A stretch of 64,000 nt of DNA from Octopus vulgaris. Taxonomy: Eukaryota. The translations under genes were made by a program, and so were the position numbers. The notes under the pieces were generated by a model that saw nothing but the letters and a program-made list of their open reading frames with translations, searched no databases and was not told the origin of the DNA. Below, in pieces: positions 13,112 through 25,455 of this stretch. Positions within the stretch are counted from its first letter, which is position 1, and each line of letters begins with the position of its first letter. Location: assembly GCA_951406725.2 (NCBI GenBank), contig OX597824.1, forward strand, positions 9,734,001-9,798,000, read 5' to 3'.

Positions 13112-13641
13112 TACCTTTGGATATCCTTGTTGCTTATTTTGATTTGTATGTGTGTGTGTGTGTGGATATGTATGTATACATATGTACGATTGTATACATA
13201 TGGAAAGGCAAGAATGGTGAGAGGAAGTCGATTTTCATAATCACAGATAGAGTTATCAAACGTTTATTGATTTAAAAATTAACAGATTTCAGGCACTTTT
13301 TAAAAATGGAAATATGTAATTCTCTTTTTAGAATCAAAGGTTCAGACCACTACGACATCCTCGTCTTGAGGTAATCAGTCGGCTATTATTTGCGCAAGGT
13401 CTTCCAAAAGTGAACACGATCAACAGCTTCCACTATATTATGCTGTTGTTTTTTTGATTTTTTTTTATCCTATAAAACCTTTATCATCGGTGACTCGACT
13501 TACGTATGACTAACGTAGTTCGAACCACAGGATTTGATAGTCTGCTGTAGGCTGCGCAAAACGATCTTGAGAAAGAGATTGAAATTAAGTTTACGTTAAT
13601 TATTTCTAAAGTATTTTACAGTCTGTTATTGTATACCAATG

Positions 13642-13890
13642 TGGAGGCGTGTGGCTCAGTGGTTAGGGTGTCAGCATCATGATCGTAAGATTGTGGTTTC
13701 GTTACCTGGAACGGGCGACGCGTTGTGTTCTTGAGCAAAACACTTTATCTCACATTGCTCCAGTCCACTCAGCTGGCAAAAATGAGTAACCCTGCGATGG
13801 ACTGGCGTCCCGTCCAGCTGGGGAACACATACGCCACTGAAACCGGGAAACCGGGCCCGGCTAAGCTTTAAAAGGGCGCATTTTTTATTT
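13642..13890 (+). mobile_element. SINE family D head plus V-SINE-like tail T3
   Basis: tRNA-like head; CCCTGCGATGGACTGGCGTCCCGTCCAG resembles the V-SINE conserved domain; perfect 16-bp TSD TTATTGTATACCAATG at 13626-41 and 13891-906. Confidence 0.85.
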
Positions 13891-14115
13891 TTATTGTATA
13901 CCAATGAAGATAAAACTCGAACTGGTTCTAATTAGTTCTGACGGTCAAAATAGTATCGCCATACTAATATGGCAGTCTATAAATATAAGACTAAAGCTGT
14001 CGCTGATTAGCTCCAAGAGGCCATCGCCTCTAGCTAGCTATATGACACACGAACCTGCGTCCATTACAACCTTTGAACATGGGAGGTCAGCCGCTTCACC
14101 TTGCTAGTCAGACAT

Positions 14116-14156
14116 CTGCAGACATGTTTCAGGGTTGTTGCCCTTTATCAATGCAG
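14116..14156 (-). ncRNA. Minimal hammerhead-like motif with mutated core
   Basis: Minus strand CTGCA-TTGATAA-AGGG caacaa CCCT-GAAA-CATG-TC-TGCAG; all stems intact, two transitions in the core relative to CTGATGA. Confidence 0.6.
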
Positions 14157-14176
14157 TGTACACTTTATGAATATGA

Positions 14177-14370
14177 AGGCGACGGTCAAAATGCTTCATA
14201 GCATTTTGTCCACTTTTACGTTCTGATTTCAAATTCAGCCATAGTCGACTTTGCCTTTCATCCTTTCGACGGTCGATAAATTATGATCCAGTTGAGTGCT
14301 GGCGTCGATATGGTACAGTAATTGCCTCCTTCAAAGTTTCCGGCCTTGTGCCTATCTTAGAAAGGATTAT
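14177..14370 (+). mobile_element. Older SINE A-related copy
   Basis: GTCGACTTTGCCTTTCATCCTTTCG core with the older GGCCTTGTGCC tail. Confidence 0.65.
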
Positions 14371-14419
14371 GCTTTGTTTGGTTTTTTATGAAAACTTCTC
14401 GGATAGTTCTTAATTACCG

Positions 14420-15365
14420 GTTACTCGAAAGCAGGCAATAACAAATTATCAAATGTGTCAAGTAGTGTCTTCTCTTGTAACTCAAAGAGACAACATTCTC
14501 TTTAGAATGCAAGCTGTACCCAACAATGCTGTCTTTTGGGACAGCAGCTCCAATATTCTTAACATGTTTTTCAAAGCCCTTGGAAATTGCTCCTAATGTT
14601 CCAATTACACCGGTATCACCATTACTTTCCTCATGCCCCATAAATTTCGTTTATCGTCCCGTAGTAGCTGGTATTTCTCAATCATTTCTGTTTAATTAAC
14701 TTTCACCCTCGAATCGCTAAGGCTCTACACCCTGAGATTAGGTTGTCTATAGTTTCAATCTCATCGTTACAGAATCGGCATTTTGGATCAGCTCCATTTT
14801 TTATCCCATTGGCTTGGTAGTTCCGGGTTAATAACCTTTGGTCTTGAGCAGCTAATATGAGACCTTTACTCTCTGCTTTTATGCCAGAGTTTCGTAACCA
14901 TTGGTGCGTTTGTTTCTGGTCGACATCAGCCTGTTTGCTACGGGCCACATACTTGCCATGCAGAGGTTTCTGTTCCATCTGCTAGCTAAATTTTCATGTG
15001 CTTTTGTCTCTGCAATTAATTTTATTTTCTTTGCAGCAGCATTTGGCGCATTTCCTTCAACCTGATCAATCTGGTTGGTATCTAAGAGATCAGTAGCGAA
15101 TTTTTTGCTCTCTTTCAGAATAGATTGAAGTTTTTCCGGTCTTTCGTGTTTTTCAACAAGTTCTAGCATCCAATCGTTGGTTGTTTCAAGGTATTTGGCA
15201 AGTCCGATTGTGGTGGTTTTGTACGTAAGTTCAATCTGGATCAAGCCTCGACCTCCCTGAGCTCTGGGAAGGTAAAGACGATCCACGTCTGCCTTTGGAT
15301 GGTGCATCTTATTACAAGTCAGTAGCTTGCGGATTTTTCTGTCAATTTTCATTATTTCACTGGTA
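14420..15365 (-). mobile_element. R4/Dong-clade non-LTR retrotransposon, 5-prime truncated pseudogene
   Basis: IDRKIRKLLT..HHPKADVDRLYLPRAQGGRGL (RT thumb); KPLHGKY; AAQDQ.L.TRNY; CRFC..ETIDNLISGC (zinc-knuckle remnant); EKYQ..LWGM..IPV.IGTLGAI (RLE end); frameshifts. Confidence 0.88.
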
Positions 15366-15371
15366 TTATTG

Positions 15372-15374
15372 TTA

Positions 15375-15422
<48 letters not shown>
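15372..15422. repeat. (TTA)n microsatellite at the LINE 5-prime junction
   Basis: Direct read. Confidence 0.95.
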
Positions 15423-15424
<2 letters not shown>

Positions 15425-15842
15425 ATAAAGAAAATAATAAGGAAAATAAGAAAGAAAACATTCTTAACACTCTACTAATTAATCAATTAACCAGTTAATT
15501 AATTGACCGCTTAATGTTAACCGTTCGATCGATCAATCATTCAGGATGGCAGATTTCTCTTCGACGACATTCACTCGTATCTCCAGATTTGTCGCATTAT
15601 CCCTCGACAACGAAATTTTAGAGAATATTTTACAGAGAGAAATTGCCCAGAGTTTCTAACCGAAAGAAAAATAATAGCAAAGTTACTTTTACCATATTTA
15701 ATTGAATATCTAATGAGAAATAATCGTCCTAAACCAGGACTGCCATGTTATGTTGGCAAACAATCTTTACTACAAAACAAAAACGATAACAGAAACATAG
15801 CAGATACGAGAATATATCAAAGAAGAGAAAGGGAGGAGACAA

Positions 15843-15882
15843 AAGGAAGGAAGGAAGGATGGAAGGAAGGAAGGAAGGAAAA

Positions 15883-15913
<31 letters not shown>

Positions 15914-15951
15914 GAAGGAAGGAAGGAAGGAAGGAAGGAAGGAAGGAAGGA

Positions 15952-16046
<95 letters not shown>

Positions 16047-16113
16047 GAAGGAAGGAAGGAAGGAAGGAAGGAAGGAAGACAGAAAGAAAGAAAGAAAGAA
16101 AGGAAGGAAGGAA

Positions 16114-16145
<32 letters not shown>

Positions 16146-16400
16146 GAAGGAAGGAAGGAAGGAAGGAAGGAAGTGAATGAAGGAACGAAATACGGAAGAA
16201 AAGAAAGAAAGAAAGAAAGGAAAGCTGGAAAGAAGGAAAGAGAGATAAAAGAAGGAACGAACGATCGATCGAACGAAGTAAAAAGAGGAAGGAGTGGAGG
16301 AAAGGAAGGAAAGAGAAAGGAACGGAGATTGAAGAAGGGAAAGAAGGAAGAAAGAAAGGATGGAGGGAGGAGAGGAAGAAAGAACAAAAGAAAGAAAAAG
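15843..16400. repeat. (GGAA)n/(GAAA)n polypurine tract
   Basis: Direct read; source of the KERK/SFLSF ORFs. Confidence 0.97.
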
Positions 16401-17302
16401 ATGAACTTTTCACAGTACATATAACTATCCAACTGTTAAAGAGTTGGAATTATTCTAAGAATTGATTTGATGAAATGATATTGGCAAAAAAATTAATTAA
16501 ATATTCACCTTTTTCCTTTCTGTTTTCTCCTGCCAATATTAAAGAAGGAGAGAAATGTGACTCCATGGATGTCATTGGGGGCTAATTAGCTTTCAATTTT
16601 ATTATCTATCATATTCCTTGAAACCGTCTGCAGCCACTGGCTACAGAGAAAAACCCAAGAAATAGAAATATACCTATTATTAGTTAAGGTATTATAAATG
16701 TTCGAGAGATGCTGCTGAATAATATTTTGGTCCTGTTTTTGACTTAATTCTCTATCATAGAACCACAAAAATAAAGTGGTCAGCATGAGATGAAATGAAT
16801 TATCCGTATAGAAAGCAATTTTCTCTGATACCTTTCTTTAATAGAAGTATATTTATATGCGAGTTGTTCTCACTGGTGGGAGGTAAATTAATTTCATTTC
16901 CCAATATTTTTCTCTCTCCATCTCTCACTGAACGAACAGGTTATGATTTATTTCTCTGACTCACACATTTCTTCTCATATATTTATTTATTAGGTTTAGT
17001 AATAGATTTTTTCTTTCCTTCGCGTTCTCTTAAGATCGTTCATGCTTTGCAAAACAACATCTATGAATGCTAAAAAAGAGATTTCGATGTGTTTTATTGT
17101 ATTTCGACTGCCACAGAAAGCATCGCCTTTGCAGAACGGTTCTGCAACGGTAAAATGAGGCTTTATCATATTCATCACATGCCTACAGAAAGATTTAATT
17201 CCAAGATTACAAGCTAACAAAACACATTCAATATTTATCGGAAACAATAGACAGTTAACACTTTGGCCCCTTCCAACGGTACAAAGACACAATAACACTT
17301 TA

Positions 17303-17963
17303 TACCTATTTCTTTACTACCCACAAGGGGCTAAATACAGTGAGGAGAGGACAAACAAGGACAGACAAAAGGATTAAGTCGATTATATCGACCCCGAAAG
17401 GATGAAAGGCAAAGTCGACCTCGGCGGAATTTGAACTCAGAACGTAGCGGTAGACGAAATACCGCTAAGCATTTTGCCCGGTGTGCTAACGTTTCTGCCA
17501 GCCCGCCGCCTTTGAAATACCTGTTTCTTTATTACCCACAAGGGGCTAAATATAGAGGGGACAAACAAGGACAGACAAAAGGATTAAGTCGATTATATCG
17601 ACCCCGAAAGGATGAAAGGCAAAGTCGACCTCGGCGGAATTTGAACTCAGAACGTAGCGGCAGACGAAATACCGCTAAGCATTTTGCCCGGGGCGCTAAC
17701 GTTTCTGCCAGCCCGCTCCTTTGAAATACCTGTTTCCTTATTACCCACAAGGTGCTAAACATAGAGGGGACAAAAAAGGTCAGACAAACGGATTAAGTCG
17801 ATAACATCTACCCCAGTGCATAACTGGTACTTTATTTATCGACCCCGAAAGGATAAAAGGCAAAGTCGACCTCGGCGGAATTTGAACTCAGAACGTAACG
17901 GCAGACGAAATACGGCTACGCATTTCGCCCGGCAAGCTAACGTTTCTGCCAGCTCGCCGCCTT
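17303..17963 (-). mobile_element. SINE family A trimer with three heads
   Basis: Three units; one 15-bp TSD ATAACACTTTATACC at 17292-306 and 17964-78 flanks the whole array. Confidence 0.88.
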
Positions 17964-18444
17964 ATAACACTTTATACCAAAGACACACTGTTACGACTCA
18001 CGCTCAGCTAATAACCTTAAAACTTATACCAATGCTGGGTTTTTGTTGGGTTTTTGTTTTGTTATCTTTCTTAGTCTCTCCACGTATATGACGTAACATA
18101 AGCACCTTTCTAAACGCTGGCCTTTCTCTTCAAAGTCAATGAATATTTGTGCTCTTCTTGACTTTCGTTGATGACTACGCTGAAGTATTTCAGGCGAAGA
18201 ACACAACCTATAGTGTCTGGAGTAAATCACCCATTCCTGGAAAGTGAATGAACATCAGTTCCTGCAAGACCATTGTCCCAATATCGAATGATGCTTCCAT
18301 CCATAAGATAGCCCACAAATTCTCCCACCTCCCATTTGCAGTCGATCCTTTTAGTACTTTAACAAAAGGATCTCTATCACGTTTGTGAAATCCTTCTTTC
18401 CAATATTTCTTATTCATAGTGGTTCAGTTGGCGGTATGTCCACA

Positions 18445-18864
18445 GCGAGCTGGCAGAAACGTTAGCGCTCCGGGCGAAATGCTTAGCGCTATTTCGTCTG
18501 CCGCTACGTTTTGAGTTCAAATTCCGCCGAGGTCGACTTTGCCTTTCATCCTTTCGGGGTCGATAAATAAAGTACCAGTTACGCACTAGGGTCGATATAA
18601 TCGACTTAATCCGTTTGTCTGTCCTTGTTTGTCCCCTCTCTGTGTTTAGCCCCTTGTGGGTAGTAAAGAAATAGGTATTTCGGCTGCCGCTACGTTCTGA
18701 GTTCAAATTCCGCCGAGGTCGACTTTGCCTTTCATCCTTTCGGGGTCGATAAATTAAGGACCAGTTACGCACTGGGGTCGATATAATCGACTTAATCCGT
18801 TTGTCTGTCCTTGTTTGTCCCCTCTCTGTGTTTAGCCCCTTGTGGGTAGTAAAGAAATAGGTAT
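18445..18864 (+). mobile_element. SINE family A, head plus two bodies
   Basis: TSD GGTATGTCCACAG at 18433-45 and 18860-72. Confidence 0.88.
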
Positions 18865-19500
18865 GTCCACAGGGAAAGCTTTGCATTTGCTGCCCACTTG
18901 GCGTCCAACCCCACGCTGCACATATTAGATAACTCGCCTCCAAAATTAACCCTTTCCACTCCACCATATCAATCACCGCAAACCCAAATATACCAAGCGT
19001 GAGAACGCTTCCGATCGCTGCAAATCAACAGAGTTACCAGCGATGATAACATCCCTTCCATTACTCCAAGTGAAATGAGCCAACTAGTCGGTTAGATTCT
19101 CTATCGATGTACTATTATATAACACGGGGTTTATTTTCACAGAAATACTAAATTTATGTTTCTTGTTTGTCTACAATTTGTGTATCGAAATTGATTGATT
19201 AAATGTTTTTGTACCCCCAATGTACCTCCCCTTATATAAAATACACACACTTTCCTTAATTTTTTTTTTCGATTTTTATTGTCGATTTAAAACATTTTTT
19301 ATCTCAGAACATTTTTATTAAACTTGTATAACACTATTATATGAGTTTTTCATATTCAAATATCTTTTTTCAAGAATTGCTTCTGTTTTATTATGTATTA
19401 CTGTTACGTGTATATGTGTCCATGTGTGTATGTAGAGTTGTATGTTTGCAATAGTGAGTGTTCACGTATGTGTGCTAATGTATATGATTATGCGTCTGTA

Positions 19501-19843
19501 AGGCGGCGAACTGGCAGTATCGTTAGCACGCCGGGCGAAATGCTTAGCGGTATTTCGACTTTGCCTTTCATCCTTTCTGGGTCGATTAAATAAGTACCAG
19601 TTACGCACTGGGGTCGATATAATCGACTTAATCCGTTTGTCTGTCCTTGTTTGTCCCTTCGTATTTCGCCTGCGTTACGTTCTGATTTCAAATTCCGCCG
19701 AGATCGACTTTGCCTTTCATCCTTTCGGGGTCGATGAATTAAGTACCAGTTATGCACTGAGGTCGATGTAATTGACTTAATCCCTTTGTCCGTCCTTGTT
19801 TGTCCTCTCTATGTTTAGCCCCTTGTGGGCAATAAAGAAATAG
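19501..19843 (+). mobile_element. SINE family A, rearranged dimer
   Basis: Head, internally deleted body, then a second body. Confidence 0.8.
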
Positions 19844-20500
19844 TATATGTATATGCGTCTGTCTGAGTGAGTGCAAGAGTGATTGCATGAGTATGTATGT
19901 CTCTGTGTGGTTTTGTCTCACGTTGGCAAGTAAAAAGATGTGTAATTAGGTTTCAATATTTTGGAAAAAATTCGGGAGGTTTTATTTGGTTTCTGTTATT
20001 AATTTTCGAAAACTATGAGGGAACAAAGAGTGTATTACAAATTAGGCAGTATCTTGAACTAAAAGAAATTTTATCTAAGTAAATGTGAGTTTATTAAACA
20101 TATGGATATGAATTTATATACATGTTCACTCACGATTCAAGCCATATTGCACTTTTAATAACCAGAACCAAAACAATAGTAGCAGATCACTCCTAGAAAT
20201 AGATCCCACAGCATCTTTGCTTAGTTTTAGAATCGATGTAAATCCAATATTAGAATATTTGGTAATTTTATAACAGCAGTCGCTAAAATGCCTAAACAAA
20301 TAAGCAACGCCTAACGATAACTGAGACACGGTGTCGATCGAGTTCAGTAGAACCGCTCTGGTGTTCGCGCCGAAATGCAAACAAAAGTTCACGGAACATT
20401 CGCCATTTCCATTCTAAATAAGTTTCATTTTCGAAACTCACCATCGGTAATCTTAACTGCAACTGGAGATTTTGTAGTTAGTTCATGTTACCACACCTTA

Positions 20501-20547
<47 letters not shown>

Positions 20548-20700
20548 TTTCCCTTAATAATCACATCTTTTATATGTTTCCTCTTTCTCTCTAATAAATA
20601 CAACAAAGACAAACTATTTTTACATGTTCATAGCCAAGTCGTTTGAATCAGTTCCTTTTTTAGCTTCATGAAAATGTATATAGATATATATATATATATA

Positions 20701-20764
<64 letters not shown>

Positions 20765-20769
<5 letters not shown>

Positions 20770-20915
20770 GAATTCACGAATAAACCAAAAGACGAAGACA
20801 GGTGGTGTAGAAAACAAACAGATGTATTAGTATAACACTCAGGAATTGAAAAAAGTCTTTTCATTTCGAGCCTACGCTCTTCCACAGAAAGGGACACAGA
20901 AAGAAACAAGGAGAG

Positions 20916-20918
<3 letters not shown>
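20765..20918 (-). mobile_element. Short (TA)n-embedded repeat (family E) with a variant hammerhead-like motif; Penelope-like terminus
   Basis: Minus CTTT-CTGTGGA-A-GAGC gtag GCTC-GAAATGAAAAG; homologous to 38310-38610 and 54640-54795; (TA)n on both sides. Confidence 0.6.
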
Positions 20919-20982
<64 letters not shown>

Positions 20983-21889
20983 AGCGATAATATACAGAGG
21001 CGAATAGTTATATACTGCTGATATTTCTATAGAAACTGAAACTGTGGCAGTGGGGCAGCTAGTCCATTTTTTCTGCCCATAGCGACATGCGATTCTATAA
21101 ATGTAACAGCTGCTATCGACTTTCCCGTGTATTTTGATAAAATATCATTTACGTACGCCGTGCCGTCAAAATTAATTCTGCAAAATTTCCGCAGAACAAC
21201 TGAGAAGATAACATACCACGAGCCTAAATTTTCTGGCTAAAATAATTCTAAAAACTGCTGTTGGAGACTTGGGAAGAAGATAAAGACTTACTACTTGTTT
21301 ACAGAGGAATCTTGGAAAATTACCGAAGAAAATTCAAGTGGAATAGAAACGGCTAGAAAATAATACATAATTCAATTACAAGTTTCATGGCTCAAATCCA
21401 AATTCTTATTTATTATTCAGAACAAAGAATATAACCTTTTATAATTATAGATTTTTCGCCATGTATTCATACATACATTCATAATCAGCTCTTTATTTAT
21501 ATAGTTTTATATTATACTTATTTCTTTTCCTTCGTTTTACTCCTGAAATTTCAATAATATATATTCTGTTCAAATTATGTTCTTCTATGTGTGTTTACGT
21601 GTTTATGTGATGTCTGCTGTTTGAAATGGAATACTAACGACTATTTTACTATCATCTCCAAAATTCTTTACCGTCAAGAATGTAGATGATGATCACATTT
21701 CAAAAGACTGTGTTTTTCTTTGTTGGATAATACAATGCAAATTGTTTTTTATTTAGATATTGGGACGTGATTCAAACAAAATTCAGCTGTACTTATTTGC
21801 ACTGATAAATTCATTCATTGTTTTGCTTACCCATGACCTTAAGCTTTTTAAGATGTGAATTAAGATATAAGAAAAGATTAATCATTTAG

Positions 21890-23287
21890 TTTGTGTGAAC
21901 GCCACCAGGCGGCACGAAACGAATATGAAAGAAAATGACGGATAGGAAAGAATGACACACAAGGTAAATAAGTGAGACATTTGGATGCAGTAAAGATACT
22001 GAAATGGATTTTGGGAATTGGCCAATGTGCAAAACATGTAATGAAATGTAGTAAAATGGGGGGATATCGAAAGGAATCATTCGTTTGGAAAAAAAATACA
22101 ATATTATTGCTGAAAGAGGGTTGACCATATAAATGTATGAGTGATGTTGAAACAGAAAGAAATGAAAGACAATGTTTAAGAGGAATACAAAAGAAACATC
22201 AGGAAGATCTTAGAAACAGAATTAAACGAACAGAACATCATTATACGTATGAATAACTTGGCAGTATTGTGATGCTACATGCGCAGTTCTTTAAAAAGAC
22301 GAAAACAAAGTTGATGAAAGGAGGTACACGAAAAGTTGTTATAATATAATGGGTTATATCTAGGAGCAATATTAGTAGATTCTATTTACTGATAAAAGAG
22401 GGAGAAGCAAAAGTATTCAATAGATGAGGCAGAGTAAAATTGGAAATTGTAGGACTGGAGAACTATGTCGGAAAATAAGAAGGCTTAGCGTGCAGCAGGA
22501 ATATACACGGGAGAAAAGCAGAAACAAAAAGTGATTAAAAAGAGTAAAGACGAAGATATAAAAAGAATGTAAGGAAAGTAATTGTTTAGAAAGAAAGAGA
22601 ACATTCTATGAAGAAAACAATGGGTTTTGCTGAAAGATGAAGGAGTAACAAGGATACCATAAATCCGTATTATTGCAGTTGAAATATCAAGTGATTATAA
22701 GAAGTGTTCTTGAAAAACTAATGGCAGCATGAGCCAAATAGTAAGACATTTGTGAGAGGAAAGGAAACAATATTAAGCTATCAATGGCTCAAAAAATCTA
22801 CAGTATAGGTAGATTAAGTTTTGGTTTTTATTAAACTGGACTAACGCTTAATCAGAAAACCTATCAAGATATGACGATGATTTAAGAGGCTTGCGCTAAT
22901 TAACCCCACACTTAGACAAAAATACACAGAATCATCGATCCACGCGATTTCTGGTTGCTCAGTCCTCACAGAAAAAGAATACATTCACAGATAAGACCAA
23001 GTAGATAACTATATCCAATTTACAGTTTACAGACATTTCCATTTCAAAACTCAAAACAATGGGTGGATCGAATAGATAAGATTCTTTGAATTCTTCCTGT
23101 CTAATTTGACCAATTAATTGATGCAAAATTCTTAGATATTTTGATTTATAACGGGAAGGAAGAGCTCTGTGGATATTTTCATTGCTTTAAGCAGAATATT
23201 GTGAAAAATTCTTTCGAAATATTAATGCCTCGAAATTGAAATAAGCAAATTAAGGAAGGGGTAATGGAGGAAAAATACTGGTCACTG

Positions 23288-23320
<33 letters not shown>

Positions 23321-24850
23321 AAGAAGAAGAAGAAGAAGAAGAAGAAGAAGAAGGAGGAGGAGCAGGAGGAGGAGGAGGAGAAGGAGATGAAGAAGAAGAA
23401 GAAGAAGAAGAAGGGGTGGGGAGCAGGAGGAGGAGGAGGAGGAGGTGCAGGAGGAGGACAGGAGGAGGCAGGAGAAGAAGAAGAAGAAGAAGAAGAAGAA
23501 GGAGGAGGAGGGGAGCAGGGGGAACAGGAGGAGCAGGAGGAGGAGAAGAAGAAGAAGAAGAAGGGGTGGAAGAAGAAGAAGAAGAAGAAGGAGGAGGAGG
23601 AGGAGGAGAAGGAGGAGGAGAAGGTGGAGAAGAAGAAGAAGAAGAAGAAGTAAGAAGGTCATATAGCGAAAGTGACGTGTGGATGTTTGTTTCTACGGGG
23701 TATTTTCCAAAGTAATGTAGACTTAATATAGAATATTGAAATAAAAACAAAAAAATTAAGAGAGAAGAAATAGAAAGAAACGACTGATTGTGACTTATTC
23801 CTCATGTGCTGTATCTCAGGGAAAATATAATACATATCCCCAAGAATTTTAATAATTAATGCAGGATATAAAGAACAGAGAAGAGAGAGTGGGGAGAGGA
23901 AATAGAACAGAGACGAGCCATCATCACGTGTCCTTTTAACTTGGCTTGTATTTTAGGGAAATGTAATGCCTCTCTCTTAGATTTTATCAATTACAATGGA
24001 ATGTAAAGGCATTCTGCCAAGACCGATGGCTCCATTACTATCTCGACTTGCAAACATGAGATATATTTTTTCTAATTATACAGACTATTAAAAAGAATAG
24101 ATTTTATTTCAACAGAAAAGATGGAAGAGAATATATTTCAACAGGAAAGAATGAAGAATATGATATGTTAAGTGTAGGAGACTGAGTGAGATTGAAGATC
24201 GAGAGTTTAAGAAAGTGTCCGGCTGATAGTGATAAGATGCTTTTGATAGCAGTACGAAGGGAGGAGATGCTAGCAGAAAGGATGAAGAGAAGAATTGAAG
24301 TCCTCGAAACTAGAAGCAATAAGAATAAAAACACTCCATGGAAAGTTTGTTTTGTTTTGTTTTGGCATACTATCATGTATCGAGATGAGAATCTATTTCA
24401 ATGGATAAAGAAACGAGTCTTGAAACAAGCAATCACAAACCACCACAGGAATAATAATGATAAACAAGACATCTTGGTTGCGTCAAGAATATGTTGTGAA
24501 AGAGAAGCGACAGCTGCTCCTGAAGTCTCTGAGTGTAAGAATCTTTCTCATGGGATTTATGAGAATTGGAGACAAGACAAAGTTACTGCAATTTTACATT
24601 AATAGATTTTTGTGAAATATTTGAGCATGAGCATGTGAAAAAATGGTTTGTCCATCAAATAGGACATGCATATCCTTTGAGCGACCATGGAGAAGTGAAA
24701 ACTCAAAAACAGGCAAATGGAACATTCATGTCAAGATAGTGTTATACACAATAACGAAGAAAACGTGTACTCATCCGTTTCATTCTAGAGTGATAGCAAA
24801 AATATGCGAGAAGATAGAAGACTGACTGAACCTAAAATACGAATATCAAA
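21890..24850 (+). mobile_element. Highly decayed RTE-like LINE
   Basis: Residual peptides in order: KIESLRKCPADSDKMLLIA..EEML (cf. INNLRYADDTVLIA..EEL), FWHTIMYRDE (cf. WSILLYGCE), WRQDKVT, KWFVH (cf. RWFGH); purine-rich plus strand; interrupted by the GAA/GGA tract. Upstream boundary uncertain. Confidence 0.45.
23291..23650. repeat. (GAA)n/(GGA)n compound trinucleotide tract
   Basis: Direct read; the block AAGGGGTGG occurs twice. Confidence 0.97.
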
Positions 24851-25304
24851 ACATTTGGAACTGCCGTAAAATTGGTATTATTCCAGTTTTAATCAGCCTA
24901 GAAAACAGTGGGGAGATGTTTAAATGATTGGTTAACGATATAGAATATCGAGAGAACTTTCTTAATTCTACAAGTTTGTTTATTTTTCACAACAAAAATC
25001 AGAAGAAAAATATCAGATAACTAAGTTTTGGTTGCATCTTCAATATCAAGCAATATAATACCAGAAAATAATATCGAAATACTGAGTGAACAGGAAGAAT
25101 GGACTCGGATAAAGATGCTGTGGTAAAACAATTAATCATCGTGTGTGTGGAGGTACAATTTATACAACCAACGATAAACAACTAGATACACTGCAGCATA
25201 TAGTAACTGGATTTCGCAGAGAAATTTAAATGAGATTCTTATTTGAAACAATGAGCTAAGGAAACCTTAAAGAAGGGAAAATTAAAAACACTAGTCAAAG
25301 TAAA

Positions 25305-25455
25305 GATCCCCTTCGGTCAGGAATGAGCATGGAAGTGCAACTAGAGAGTTCCCCTCCGAGGTTTGTGGAAGGCCAGCAGTCGCCTATGCATATGAGCGTC
25401 TCCTCTCCAAGTCACCGATATTATCCAAGGGAAAGACAAAGACCGATACAGATTG
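25305..25455 (-). mobile_element. Isolated SINE tail T4 fragment
   Basis: CCCCTTCGGTCAGGAATGA...GGCCAGCAGTCGCC matches 7952-8110 and 31463-31630. Confidence 0.7.

Noticed and set aside
16996-18417. Non-repetitive ORFs of 68-100 aa as possible exons
   Set aside because: No recognisable motif or convincing splice-site pair; small exons cannot be excluded without RNA-seq.
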